The notes under the pieces were generated by a model. It was not told the origin of the DNA, made no database searches, and saw nothing but the letters and a program-made list of their open reading frames with translations. A stretch of 53,575 nucleotides of DNA. Source: a virus (taxonomy: Duplodnaviria > Caudoviricetes). Position 1 is the stretch's first letter, and each line of letters opens with the position of its first letter. Of the stretch, positions 1 through 9,477 are shown piece by piece. Location of the stretch: positions 1 through 53,575 of IMG/VR virus record IMGVR_UViG_3300044497_000088. One strand, written 5' to 3'. Made by a program: the position numbers and the translations under genes.

Positions 1-127
1 CTGTTCGGCAAGCCGGTGGCCGAGCGCACCGTGAACACGAACGGCGACAAGCGCTGGAACCTGACGACGAGCATGGCGTACAAGGAGAAGACCTGGAACA
101 AGTTCTGGCGGACGGACAAAGCCGGTG
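1..127. repeat. Terminal direct repeat, identical to 53449-53575 (circular assembly overlap)
   Basis: First 127 nt match the last 127 nt exactly; the reading frame of the 52855 gene runs across the junction. Confidence 0.97.
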
Positions 128-216
128 ACGACAAGTACGACGAGATATACGGCAAGACCGCCGCTACTGTGTACAAGAACTTCCCGAGCGCTAGCTTCGC
201 TAACTTCCTGTTCTGA
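1..216 (+). CDS. 3' end of the tail protein that starts at 52855
   Basis: In-frame continuation across the circular junction. Confidence 0.75.
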   Translation: MFGKPVAERTVNTNGDKRWNLTTSMAYKEKTWNKFWRTDKAGDDKYDEIYGKTAATVYKNFPSASFANFLF

Positions 217-938
217 TGCCTACAGGCCACGTAGACACGATAGCAGAGTACGTCAGGGGCGACCGTCTGAAAGCGGACGACGTCAACGCGATGGTCGCGC
301 GCCTCCAGGAGCCCGACGCCGACCGGGAGCAGTGGAAGCACGAGCAGGAGCCGTATCTCGCGCCGTTCAAGAACACGGACGCCGGCGTGGCCCCGGCCGG
401 GGCCGTGATGCTCCCGTCGGCGGTCGCGTCGATCGTGGGCAACCGCGGCCACGAGGTGACGAAGCCCGGGGCGGACGGCGTGCCGATGATGCTCGTCGCC
501 AACCTCATCTCACCGACGCCGGCGGCTAGCCGAGGGTGGGCGCGGTGGGCGTGGCAGGGCGCGTGGTGCCAGTATGACAACGCGAATACCCCGGCGTTCG
601 GCGAGAGGTGGGGCACGTCCAGTGGGTCGTGGCTGCTCAAGAAGGGGGAGTCCGGTAACTTCGAAGCGACCGGCGAGAAGTTCGACATGGGCAGCCTGCA
701 CCTCGGTCGGTTCGTCCAGCGACCGTTGGCACGGTTCCGTGGGATCACCGTCGACCCGCTGACCAAGGGTGGCGCGGCCGGGACCGTCACGAGGTACAAG
801 CCTGGCACGACGACCGACTCGGGCGTAGCGGACGAGGTGCTCAACGAGCTGGTGACCGTGGCGGCCGGCAAGGTGGCGTACTACTTCCTGGAGAACGGAA
901 AGTTCTACCTCGACGCCGTGGAGTGCCCGTTCGCATGA
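216..938 (+). CDS. Putative tail-tip structural protein
   Basis: TGATG-coupled to the previous gene; tail module position. Confidence 0.55.
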   Translation: MPTGHVDTIAEYVRGDRLKADDVNAMVARLQEPDADREQWKHEQEPYLAPFKNTDAGVAPAGAVMLPSAVASIVGNRGHEVTKPGADGVPMMLVANLISPTPAASRGWARWAWQGAWCQYDNANTPAFGERWGTSSGSWLLKKGESGNFEATGEKFDMGSLHLGRFVQRPLARFRGITVDPLTKGGAAGTVTRYKPGTTTDSGVADEVLNELVTVAAGKVAYYFLENGKFYLDAVECPFA

Positions 939-2122
939 GCTGGCTAGACCTACTGATGATGCTGTTGCCGCTGGTGGCGATGGTGGTATGCTGCTGCTCT
1001 TCCGACACCTGCACCATCTTCACCGACGACTTCTCCACGGATCAGCTGGCGACAGAGTACACGACCAGCGCGGGAACGTGGGCGGTAAGCGGCGGCAAAG
1101 TCACCTGCACGACAGCTTCGGCGCTCATTACTTGCGATACGACAGTAACTGGTGGTCTGACGGCGGTTTTTGCATCCGTCACATTTACCCCAGCAACGAC
1201 CAGCGACATCGGACGGCTGGTCATTGGCTACTCAGACGGCAACAATTATTGGTTCGCGGAAGTTCAAGCCGGCGCGTTTCACGGCACGCTGAAATTTTTC
1301 CAACGCAGCGCTGGGACGGATACCCAAAAGGGGGCGACTCAGACGATCACAGGATTCCAGGCCACGGAGACCGCGACGATCCAAATGTGCTATTCGACCG
1401 GCAACGTATTTGCCTATGTCCAAGCCGGGGCGAGCGCAGCAGGGGTCCAGGCCGGCGGGACGATAACCATAGCCGGAACGAAATGCGGCTTGGGCACTGG
1501 GTCCGGAAGCTCGTCGTGCGCGTTCGACGACTTCAGCTTCTCGAAGCACTACACGGACGACCCGACTTGTAATTTTTGCAACTTGCTGTGCAACCCTTGC
1601 CCAGACAAACTACCTGATACGATCGAAGTCACCTTGCCATCGACGGTTTACAACGGGGCTCAAGACGCTGGCGGTACAGGCGTAAACGACACTTGCTGCA
1701 ACGCGCAGAATTCGCGGACATTCGTTCTCGACTTGCGCGGAGTGGATCAGCAGCACGCCGTTCAACTATGCGCAGGGATGCCGACTCCAAGTATCTGCTA
1801 TTACGAATACCTGGAAATTATTTGCAGCGAGGGCGGTCCCTTTGGCGATGAACGGCTCCAAGTAACCGCATGGTTCGACGTTTCAGCCGGAGCGGGAACG
1901 CTCTATGTGGTCTTGCTGGACGGGCCAGTAGGCGGGTTCGATGTCACTAGCCCGAACACAGAAATGGTTTACAGGTTGACTGGGATCGACATTACCGACT
2001 TGTGCGAAGGCGCTACGTTGAGCGTTCCGTTTCTGGCGAAATACACGACTGGCTGTAGTACTTCCGGCTTCCTCGGTTGTAAGCCGGCAACGACCCTCGG
2101 TAATCTGTCCGTGGATACATGA
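935..2122 (+). CDS. Cys/Thr-rich tail fibre or receptor-binding protein with a concanavalin-A-like lectin region
   Basis: Hydrophobic N-terminus followed by CCC; FTDDFS...GTWAVSGG...FDDF pattern typical of lectin beta-sandwich domains; lower GC than the core genome. Confidence 0.55.
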   Translation: MSWLDLLMMLLPLVAMVVCCCSSDTCTIFTDDFSTDQLATEYTTSAGTWAVSGGKVTCTTASALITCDTTVTGGLTAVFASVTFTPATTSDIGRLVIGYSDGNNYWFAEVQAGAFHGTLKFFQRSAGTDTQKGATQTITGFQATETATIQMCYSTGNVFAYVQAGASAAGVQAGGTITIAGTKCGLGTGSGSSSCAFDDFSFSKHYTDDPTCNFCNLLCNPCPDKLPDTIEVTLPSTVYNGAQDAGGTGVNDTCCNAQNSRTFVLDLRGVDQQHAVQLCAGMPTPSICYYEYLEIICSEGGPFGDERLQVTAWFDVSAGAGTLYVVLLDGPVGGFDVTSPNTEMVYRLTGIDITDLCEGATLSVPFLAKYTTGCSTSGFLGCKPATTLGNLSVDT

Positions 2123-2565
2123 TCTGCAACATGCAAAAGCAGCCAGACGGGCATTGGGTCTGCCCGACGTGTGGCTATCGAACCAAGCGGCCATACGACT
2201 CACTGCCGAGCAAGCAGTGCGGCGAGAATAGAGGTCCGACAGTCATGGGCCGCCCCGGCGACCACCTTCACAAGCTCCTTGAATCGCTTGGCGCTAAGCC
2301 GACGAACTCATGCGGCTGTGCGGCGAAGATTGCGGAAATGAACAGCGGTGGCGTGGGGTGGTGCAAGGAGCATCGGGCCGAGATAATCGACCACCTCAAT
2401 AAGGCGTATCACGGCCTAACGTGGTCCGAAGTTGCCGGGGCTGCGGCTGCGGCTGTTGCGTCTGGGCTGGCGCTCAAGCTAAACTCGCTGGACGTTTGCG
2501 GCTCGCTGGTCGACTTGGCGATTGAGCGGGCGGAAGTCTCTAGTCGGCGCGCACCTCGCTCATGA
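2119..2565 (+). CDS. Cys-rich hypothetical protein (possible fibre partner)
   Basis: CPTC and CGC motifs; ATGA-coupled to the fibre gene; last gene of the plus-strand block. Confidence 0.55.
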   Translation: MICNMQKQPDGHWVCPTCGYRTKRPYDSLPSKQCGENRGPTVMGRPGDHLHKLLESLGAKPTNSCGCAAKIAEMNSGGVGWCKEHRAEIIDHLNKAYHGLTWSEVAGAAAAAVASGLALKLNSLDVCGSLVDLAIERAEVSSRRAPRS

Positions 2566-2956
2566 TTGGGCACACCTCGCGCATCTCCGGGGCCCAGTCG
2601 GGCCCCTCCGGCAGGTCGGCCTCGAGGCCGGCGAAGACGCAGCCGCCTAGCCCCCGCTCGTCCCGCCACATCGGTAGCCCGCTGGCCGTCGACACCTCCT
2701 GTAGCAGGTGGGCGTACCTGAGCGGATGCTCGCGCTGGCCGGCCATGAGCATCGGGAGCATGCACTCGAGCAGCTCCGCGGCCCCGCCCGGGTCGAGGAC
2801 CACGCGCTCCGCCATGTCGCGGAAGACGGACGCCGCGGCGAGCACCGAGCGGCCGTGCCTCTGCCGCAGGCCGACCACCATGGCCTTCAGGGTCTCCTCT
2901 GGTTTGGGGACGACCTGCGATAGCTCTTCGGCAGTTTTTCGTTGATTTTTTGACAT
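2540..2956 (-). CDS. Hypothetical protein
   Basis: ORF from ATG MSKNQRK with genome-typical codon usage. Confidence 0.5.
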   Translation of the reverse strand: MSKNQRKTAEELSQVVPKPEETLKAMVVGLRQRHGRSVLAAASVFRDMAERVVLDPGGAAELLECMLPMLMAGQREHPLRYAHLLQEVSTASGLPMWRDERGLGGCVFAGLEADLPEGPDWAPEMREVCPIMSEVRAD

Positions 2957-3080
2957 TTCCTGGACTTTCGTTAGGGTAGGTAGGGAAAAATCGGGATTTT
3001 TTACTTTACTTTCCTTCGAAGCGATACGGGGTCCCAGGATCGAGAAACTGGTCCCTTGAGCTTTTGGCCAGGTGGGCAAG

Positions 3081-3659
3081 TTAGGGTGACGGTCTATCAA
3101 CTACAGGTGGCACAATTCCCATGTTTTGGAGCTCTTGAAACACGCACTGGTATTCGAGTAGCTGCTTTTCGACTTTCCTGGCTTCCGCCTCAGCGTCTAG
3201 GCGTTTCTTAGTGACGGGCTCAACCTCTGATTCGTCTTCGACGCGACTCGCTGTGGTGATTTGCCCGGTAGTCTCGTCCTTGACTAGCTCTCCGGCCTCA
3301 AGTTTTGCGCGCTCTTGGTCAGCCAGCCATGCCTCGTGTTTCGCGTGTTTATGCGCCTTCCTCGTCACGCGCTTGACCTCACGAGCCCTACGTATTTCTG
3401 CATAGAAATCATGCTCAGACGCTATGTGCTCCCGTATGCGTGGATCGTCCGAGAACCACTCACCACGTCGACGCAGGGACCTGAAGCGTCTATGTAGTCT
3501 CTTCTCGTCTGCCATTGTGCCGTCATGCACTGCTAACAAAGTGAGTCGGTCGACTTGCCAAACACGACCATATGCTATCCGTTTGGTCACTCCGGACATA
3601 CTGCTACTGTACCCGATCTTGATCGCACTCTGGGCTTCGTTCAACACGAAATATATCAT
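3081..3659 (-). CDS. GIY-YIG superfamily (T5orf172/MUG113-like) nuclease domain protein
   Basis: IYFV...IKIGYS...EKRLHRRF...RGEWF motifs; lower GC. Confidence 0.8.
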   Translation of the reverse strand: MIYFVLNEAQSAIKIGYSSSMSGVTKRIAYGRVWQVDRLTLLAVHDGTMADEKRLHRRFRSLRRRGEWFSDDPRIREHIASEHDFYAEIRRAREVKRVTRKAHKHAKHEAWLADQERAKLEAGELVKDETTGQITTASRVEDESEVEPVTKKRLDAEAEARKVEKQLLEYQCVFQELQNMGIVPPVVDRPSP

Positions 3660-4048
3660 CCGTCTCTACCCTCCATCCAATGTGGTCGTTCCGGTGCGCT
3701 AGACTCCTCCGCCAGCCGCCTCTCGCGGAACCGGGCCGTCTTCGCGTAGGCCTCGAGGACCTTGGTGAACTTATCGCGCGACTGGTCGAGCCACCAGGCC
3801 ACGTACTCGGTCGGGACCTCGTCCGGTGACTCGCCTTGGTGCTGGCCCCGCGGGAAAGTCGCTCGCCTGGCCTTCGCGACGACGCGCGCCTCTATCTCCC
3901 CGTCCACTCCCGCCTCCGGCAGCAGGTGCCGGCCGGCCGCGACCCGCAGGCACTCGTAGAAGCGCGGCCGCCTGTCGGCGTAGAACGCGACCAGCTCCTC
4001 CGCGTCCTCGCGGTCCTGCTTGTTCTGCTCCACCTCTTCGTCCGTCAT
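3656..4048 (-). CDS. Hypothetical protein with a DUF3820/ExoX-C-like motif
   Basis: FPRGQHQGESPDEVPTEYVAWW resembles the FGKHKG..I.EVP..YL.W motif. Confidence 0.55.
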   Translation of the reverse strand: MTDEEVEQNKQDREDAEELVAFYADRRPRFYECLRVAAGRHLLPEAGVDGEIEARVVAKARRATFPRGQHQGESPDEVPTEYVAWWLDQSRDKFTKVLEAYAKTARFRERRLAEESSAPERPHWMEGRDG

Positions 4049-4051
4049 CTC

Positions 4052-4264
4052 TCAGCCCTCCAGTACGGTCACGTCGCTCCAGTACACCCACACGCCGAGT
4101 CGCTCCCCTGGTCGCGGGTCGGCCAGCCTCAGCCTGAGCACCAGCCTGCGCCCGACGGACGACAGCCCGACGAAGGTGCACTCTGAGGTCCGTCGGCAGT
4201 ACTCCACCAAGTACGTCTCGCCCTCGGCCAAGTCGTCCGGGTGCGTCACCTCTCTGACTCGCAT
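4052..4264 (-). CDS. Small hypothetical protein
   Basis: ATG preceded by GGAGG; tightly packed in the operon. Confidence 0.5.
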   Translation of the reverse strand: MRVREVTHPDDLAEGETYLVEYCRRTSECTFVGLSSVGRRLVLRLRLADPRPGERLGVWVYWSDVTVLEG

Positions 4265-4449
4265 GCCTGCCTCCTCTCCGCCGCGTCCGCCCTGGCCGGT
4301 GGCAGTGACCGCGTCTCGCCGTCCCTGGCGCGCACCACCGTCAGGTGGGCCGAAGACCGGTCGATTATGCGGAACCACTTGGTCTTGCCCATGCTGCCCA
4401 TGAGCTTGAACTCGCCGGGTCGTCTTGGTGCCCTCATCTTAAGTGACAT
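4246..4449 (-). CDS. Small hypothetical protein
   Basis: Fills the gap after polA with short overlaps. Confidence 0.35.
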   Translation of the reverse strand: MSLKMRAPRRPGEFKLMGSMGKTKWFRIIDRSSAHLTVVRARDGETRSLPPARADAAERRQACESER

Positions 4450-6437
4450 AGCGGGTCCCCCTTGTTGATCTCGCTCGCGTCGTACCTGAGCGGCGCGCTC
4501 GCGCCGCCCTTCCTGACGTCGGTGCTCGCCTCGGCCCAGTGCTGCTCCGAGTAGCCGACCGCGCAGCGGAGCGGGACGCGGAGCGGCGTGTCGACGGTCT
4601 CGAGCAGCCAGCACAGCGCCGCCTTGGTCCGCGGGTCGCGCATGCACTCGGCCGGCCCCTCGAACACCACCTCGTCGTGCACGTTGCCGACCACCTCCAC
4701 CGGCGTGCCGAGGCAGGCGCGGGCGGCCGCGACGGTCCGCTCCTTCTGTATGTCGGCGGCCTCGCCCTGGCACAGGGTGTTGAACGCGTGGTGCGCCTTG
4801 TCGGCGGGCAACCTGCGGTACCGGCCGTGCACGTTCCGGACGTAGCCCCGGTCCGCGCACACCGCGGCGGCCCGCCGGCTGGTAGGCTTGAGCTCCGGCA
4901 GGGCCGCGTGGTAGCCGTCGTACACGGCCTCGCCGCGCTCGCGGCCGAGGCGCTCCAACGCGGACGCGCGTTGCGATGGGTCGAGTCGGCCCGCCGCGAC
5001 CGCCTCGTCCACGGCCCGGGCGACGTCGCCCACCACGTCGGTGTTGACCGACATGGCTTTGACCGCCTTCTTCTTGCCGCCGCCGTAGCCCATCATGAAG
5101 TTGAGCGTCTTGGCCGGGTCTCGGCCGATGCCGGCCGTCCTGGCCATCAGGTCGTGGAAGTCGGTGTCCGGGTCGGCGCGGTAGGCGTCGATGCACCGTT
5201 GGTTCTGGATGTAGTGCACGATCACGCGGAACTCGATCTGGCTCTGGTCCAGCGACAGGAACGCGTTCCCTCGCCGCGGGTGGATCAGCCGCTTGGCCAG
5301 CTTCGAGAGCTGCTGCATGTTCGGCGCGCGGCACGACATGCGGCCGGTCCGCACCATCTGGTTGAACGACGGGTGCAGTAGGTACGACCCGCCGGTCAGC
5401 AGGGCGAGTTCCTGGTACGGCCGTACGAACAGGCCGAGCAGCTGCGTGAGCTTGCGCGCCTCGCGGACCAGGGCGACGACGTCGCGCGGCGCGTCCGGGT
5501 GGAGCGCGTACAGCGCCAAGGCGTGCTTGTCGAAGGACGGGTTGCCGGCCGGGTTGCCGTCGTCGTCCTCCTCGGTCCAGCCGAGCACCGGCAGGCCGTA
5601 CTGGTTGATGAGCAGGTCGAAGAGCTGGTCGGGGCTGGACGGGTTGACCGACCGGCCGGTGAGCCGGTGCAGCTCGGCGTCGATGTCGAGCAGCCGCTGC
5701 GAGTGCTGGACCTCCGCCACCATCAGCTCGACCGGGTCGACCGACATGCCGCTGCGCTCCATCCGCAGGAGCACCGACGTCAGGTCCACCTCCATCGCGG
5801 CGACGCGGCGGCACTCCTCGGGCGTGCGCGCGTCTAGGTAGCCGGCGAGCCTGCGCACCGTCATGACGTCCTGGCAGGCGTACGGGGCCATGACTGACGG
5901 CGGGACCGATCCGTAGTCCTTGGACTCGCCTAGCCACCGCCTGAGCTCGGCCTCGTGGTGCGATATGTCCTCGCCGAGCCAGTCGCGGCTGAGCGCCCCG
6001 AGGTCGTACCCGCCGCGGCCGAACCCCCGGTCGGAGTCGAGCACCTTGGCCGCGGTGAGCGTGCACCTCAGCGTGGTGCCGCACGGCCAGTCCGGCAGCC
6101 AGCCCATGTCGCAGGCGGAGACGTGGGCGTCGTACTTGACGTTGTGGTTGGTCCACCTGCTGGCCCCGCCGCAGACGTCCGCCCACCACGCCCGGACCGC
6201 GTCGACCGGCAGGTTCGGCCCCCCGCGGTGGCGGACCGGCACGTACCACGCCCCGGGCGCGTCGTCGGCAGTGACCGCCACGCCGGCCGCCCAGCAGTTG
6301 TGCCACGGGTCGAGCGCGTCCAGCCGGTCGTCGAAGGACGTCGTCTCGAAGTCGGCGTACAGGTCGGCCACGCAGTCGAGGTCGGGGAGCTCGTCCACCG
6401 TCTCGACCAGGCAGCCGCCGCCGGGGAACTCTATCAT
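4434..6437 (-). CDS. polA: Family A DNA polymerase with 3'-5' exonuclease domain
   Basis: Exonuclease motifs DFETT, HNVKYD, YACQD; motif A LDQSQIEFR; motif B RDPAKTLNFMMGYG; motif C VHDE. Confidence 0.95.
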   Translation of the reverse strand: MIEFPGGGCLVETVDELPDLDCVADLYADFETTSFDDRLDALDPWHNCWAAGVAVTADDAPGAWYVPVRHRGGPNLPVDAVRAWWADVCGGASRWTNHNVKYDAHVSACDMGWLPDWPCGTTLRCTLTAAKVLDSDRGFGRGGYDLGALSRDWLGEDISHHEAELRRWLGESKDYGSVPPSVMAPYACQDVMTVRRLAGYLDARTPEECRRVAAMEVDLTSVLLRMERSGMSVDPVELMVAEVQHSQRLLDIDAELHRLTGRSVNPSSPDQLFDLLINQYGLPVLGWTEEDDDGNPAGNPSFDKHALALYALHPDAPRDVVALVREARKLTQLLGLFVRPYQELALLTGGSYLLHPSFNQMVRTGRMSCRAPNMQQLSKLAKRLIHPRRGNAFLSLDQSQIEFRVIVHYIQNQRCIDAYRADPDTDFHDLMARTAGIGRDPAKTLNFMMGYGGGKKKAVKAMSVNTDVVGDVARAVDEAVAAGRLDPSQRASALERLGRERGEAVYDGYHAALPELKPTSRRAAAVCADRGYVRNVHGRYRRLPADKAHHAFNTLCQGEAADIQKERTVAAARACLGTPVEVVGNVHDEVVFEGPAECMRDPRTKAALCWLLETVDTPLRVPLRCAVGYSEQHWAEASTDVRKGGASAPLRYDASEINKGDPLCHLR

Positions 6438-6685
6438 CGCGGCACCTCCATGGTCACGACCTCGACCTGCGCTGGGTCACCCTTCACGAACTCCAGGCGC
6501 CAGCCGGTCGGCAGGGCGATCCGCGAGCCGAGCCTCAGTCGCGTTATCACCTGCTTGGCGATGGCTGAGTTGTCGATCGACCCGCCGCTGAGCATGCTGC
6601 ACCCAGGTGGGTAGTACAGCACGAGTATGCCGTCTACCTCGCCGCGGCCGTCCTTCTTGAAGATGTAGTCTACCATGCTAGCCAT
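6434..6685 (-). CDS. Hypothetical protein
   Basis: ATGA-coupled to polA; GGAGG upstream. Confidence 0.55.
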   Translation of the reverse strand: MASMVDYIFKKDGRGEVDGILVLYYPPGCSMLSGGSIDNSAIAKQVITRLRLGSRIALPTGWRLEFVKGDPAQVEVVTMEVPR

Positions 6686-7175
6686 GTTTGGCCTCCTTCT
6701 TGTCTCTCGCCGCGGTCGCCTCGGCGTGCGTCGGTCCCGGCCTGCTGCCTGCCTTCCGCAGGTGCTCGGCTATCCGCCGTTCGCTAGCGCAGATGGCCTC
6801 TCGCAACCCACGACGGTCGCTAGTCCGGGACAAGTACACCTCCGCCTCGCTCTCGCCCTCCCTCAGCCGCTCTCGGCACACGTGGCACCAGTTGAGCGGT
6901 AGGTAGTTGACCCTGAGCCGCGACTTGAGCCTCGGCTCGTACTGCGACCCGCAGCAAGAGCAGCAGAACTGGTCGCTCCCGTCGAGCGGCCGCAGGTACA
7001 GGCCGGTCGGCGTGACCGCCTGCCGGTGCGGGGCCGGCTTGCCGACCTCCACCTGGACGACGTAGCCCAGTCCCCGCGCGAAGCGCAGGAGCGACTCGAG
7101 CCTCCGGCGGACGGCGAGCCCGGCCCGGCCGTCGCCGTCGTAGGTGCGCTTCTTGGTCTTGCTTCGCTTGGTCAT
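6678..7175 (-). CDS. Zn-finger hypothetical protein
   Basis: CSCC...CHVC; coupled overlaps with neighbours. Confidence 0.55.
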   Translation of the reverse strand: MTKRSKTKKRTYDGDGRAGLAVRRRLESLLRFARGLGYVVQVEVGKPAPHRQAVTPTGLYLRPLDGSDQFCCSCCGSQYEPRLKSRLRVNYLPLNWCHVCRERLREGESEAEVYLSRTSDRRGLREAICASERRIAEHLRKAGSRPGPTHAEATAARDKKEAKHG

Positions 7176-7496
7176 CGTCCCCTCTTCTCGTAGTGCTCGT
7201 CAAGTAACGCGAGGGCCTTGCGCAGCACGACGCGCAAGTCCTGCTTGCCCCAGAAGGTCACTGCTGCCGAGTCGTCGTCCCCGGGACGATGGATGAACGG
7301 GCCCTTGAAGTTCGTCGGCTGCATGTGACGAGCCATGGCCGGGCCGACCCCAGCGGCCATGGCTATCTGCTCCCTCGACACTGTGGTCGGCAGCTCCAGG
7401 TAGAAGCGGAGGGCCGTGAACTCGTGGCCCTCCACCGTCTTGGTGAATATCTCGACCCCTGTCGGTCATCTCCTCGGCGTGCACGTTCACTCTCAT
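7172..7496 (-). pseudogene. Hypothetical gene interrupted by an apparent +1 frameshift
   Basis: Removing one base from the G4 run (plus-strand C 7456-7459) joins MRVNVHAEEMTDR to VEIFTKTVEGHEF... and gives ATGA coupling at both ends. Confidence 0.55.
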
Positions 7497-7936
7497 TCTA
7501 GCCTCCAGTGTATGAGTCCGGCCCGGTCAAGTAACGCCAGCCCCGCCGCGCCGGCTGTGGAGGGGTCGGCCCACACCACGCGGGCGACCGCGCGGCTGTT
7601 GAGTATGAGTCCCGCGCAGTGCTCGCACGGGGCGCGGGTCACCACCAGCGTCAGCCCGGTAGCCGAGTGCCTTCGCGCCTTCACGAGGCAGTTCTCCTCG
7701 GCGTGGTAGCACCCGCACCCCTCGGTGCCGGGGCACGAGTCGTTCGGCAGCCCGGCGGGCGGGCCGTTGTAGCCTATCGCGAGTATCTCCGAGAAGTCAG
7801 GCGGCAGGAGCAACGCCCCGCACGGCTTGCGCCGGCAGGTCGTCAGCTGGCCGAGCGACCTCGCGCACGCCATGAACGCGCGCAACTTCTCGCGGTCTCG
7901 CTGGTCTTTGAACTTCTCTATCACGTTCGGTGTCAT
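7493..7936 (-). CDS. dCMP deaminase family protein
   Basis: GYNG, HAEEN and PCEHC zinc motifs. Confidence 0.92.
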   Translation of the reverse strand: MTPNVIEKFKDQRDREKLRAFMACARSLGQLTTCRRKPCGALLLPPDFSEILAIGYNGPPAGLPNDSCPGTEGCGCYHAEENCLVKARRHSATGLTLVVTRAPCEHCAGLILNSRAVARVVWADPSTAGAAGLALLDRAGLIHWRLE

Positions 7937-8089
7937 CGACTATCTCCCATCTGCCGCCCTGGCAGCTCTGTTTCCTCAACCGTATCAGCCGCCTTCGCAC
8001 TAGCTCTGGCCCGAGGCGCCCTTGCCCCGGGACCAACGCCATAACCTCAGCCCGCGTGAACCTCCCGACGTCCGTGACGAGTATGGCCC

Positions 8090-8644
8090 CTACCACGACT
8101 TGGCCCCTGGATACGGGAAGTCCCGGAGCAGCCGCAGCGTATAGGCCCTTAGCCCGGCGTCACGGACCTCCGGGTAGTCGGCGCCCGAGTAGTGCTGGTC
8201 CACCCGCATGTCGATCCCGCGCCACGAGCCGCACCGACCCACCTCGGCGTAGTGCGCGTTCACCTCGACCGCTTGGTCCGCGGTGTACAGCTCCTCCTTC
8301 TGGCCGTGAGTCGCGCGGATACGCCCCTCGGTGGTGCTCACCACCAGCACGTGGCCGCAGTACGCGAGCAGGTCCCGGTCGAGTCGCTCGTAGTCCCGCT
8401 TGCCGAGCATGCTCGGCGTGCCGTCCACGGCCCGGTAGAGCGGCTCCGACATGTGGAACCGGTCCATCACCACGTACGGCGACATGAGCAGCCGATGGCA
8501 GCGGACCGGGTCCTGGCGCCACGACTTGGGCAGTCGCCCGAGGTGCCGGTAGACGTGCGGAAAACCGAGTCGGTTGAGCTCGGTGACTATCTTGCGCGCG
8601 AGCGTGGTTTTTCCCGTACAATCCGCACCTTCGATTATAATCAT
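8090..8644 (-). CDS. Nucleoside monophosphate (thymidylate-type) kinase
   Basis: IIIEGADCTGKTT P-loop; VMDRFHMSE motif. Confidence 0.85.
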   Translation of the reverse strand: MIIIEGADCTGKTTLARKIVTELNRLGFPHVYRHLGRLPKSWRQDPVRCHRLLMSPYVVMDRFHMSEPLYRAVDGTPSMLGKRDYERLDRDLLAYCGHVLVVSTTEGRIRATHGQKEELYTADQAVEVNAHYAEVGRCGSWRGIDMRVDQHYSGADYPEVRDAGLRAYTLRLLRDFPYPGAKSW

Positions 8645-9477
8645 ACCGCCACCTCCGCCTCTATCTTGGGGTGTGGGTCGTAGCCGTCCAGCCTGTACGT
8701 GAACTCCCTCAGATCGTCCGACACTGACCCGACGGTCAGCCTCGGCAGCTGCCGCGGCTCGCGCGACAGCGCGGTAGCCACCTGCTCCCGGTGCGAGTCG
8801 TAGACGTGCAGGTCGCCGAACGAGACGACCAGCCACCTCGCCTCCCGGCCGGTCCGCTTGGCCAGCAGCTCGAGCAGCAGCCCGTAGCTCGCCACGTCGA
8901 ACGGCAAGCCGAGGAACGCGTCTATCGACCGGGCGTACATCGAGAGCGACAGGCCCTCGCGGCCGTCGGCCGACAGGACCGACTGGTGCACCTTGAGCTG
9001 GAACAGGACGTGGCACGGTGGGAGCGTTACCGCCTTGGAGTAAAGAGGATGCCAGGAGTTGACTATGAGCCGGCGGCTCTCCGGCGAGCGCTCGAGGTCG
9101 CGGAGCAGCGTGTCTACCTGGTCGACCGAGACGACACCATCGCATGGATAATCTCGCCACATAGGCCCGTACACAGGTCCGAGGTCACCCGCCTCCCGGC
9201 CGTAGACCGCGCACTTCTCGGCCGTGGCCCACTCGTCCCAGATGTCGACGCCGCGCTCCCTGAGCCAGCCGGCGTCGCTCCGCCCCCTGAGGAACCACTC
9301 GAGCTCGACGGCCACCCACCTCATCGGGACGCGCTTGACCGTGAGCAGGGGGAACCCGGACCGCATGTCGTGCCGCCACTGCTCGCCGAACAGGGACGTC
9401 GTGCCGACGCCGGTGCGGTCGGCGTGCGGCTCGCCCAGCTCCAGGACGCGGGTCAGCAGCTGCTGGTAGCTCCTCAT
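8641..9477 (-). CDS. Thymidylate synthase-fold enzyme, probably dCMP-specific (Asn177->Asp equivalent)
   Basis: DRTGVGT, ELEWFLRG, DLGPVYG, SRR, LPPCH, ARSIDAFLGLPFDVASY, DLHVYDSH. Confidence 0.93.
   Translation of the reverse strand: MRSYQQLLTRVLELGEPHADRTGVGTTSLFGEQWRHDMRSGFPLLTVKRVPMRWVAVELEWFLRGRSDAGWLRERGVDIWDEWATAEKCAVYGREAGDLGPVYGPMWRDYPCDGVVSVDQVDTLLRDLERSPESRRLIVNSWHPLYSKAVTLPPCHVLFQLKVHQSVLSADGREGLSLSMYARSIDAFLGLPFDVASYGLLLELLAKRTGREARWLVVSFGDLHVYDSHREQVATALSREPRQLPRLTVGSVSDDLREFTYRLDGYDPHPKIEAEVAV

Noticed and set aside
1-127. Biological terminal repeat
   Set aside because: The 127-nt length matches a common assembler k-mer and falls mid-gene, so it is best explained as a circular assembly overlap
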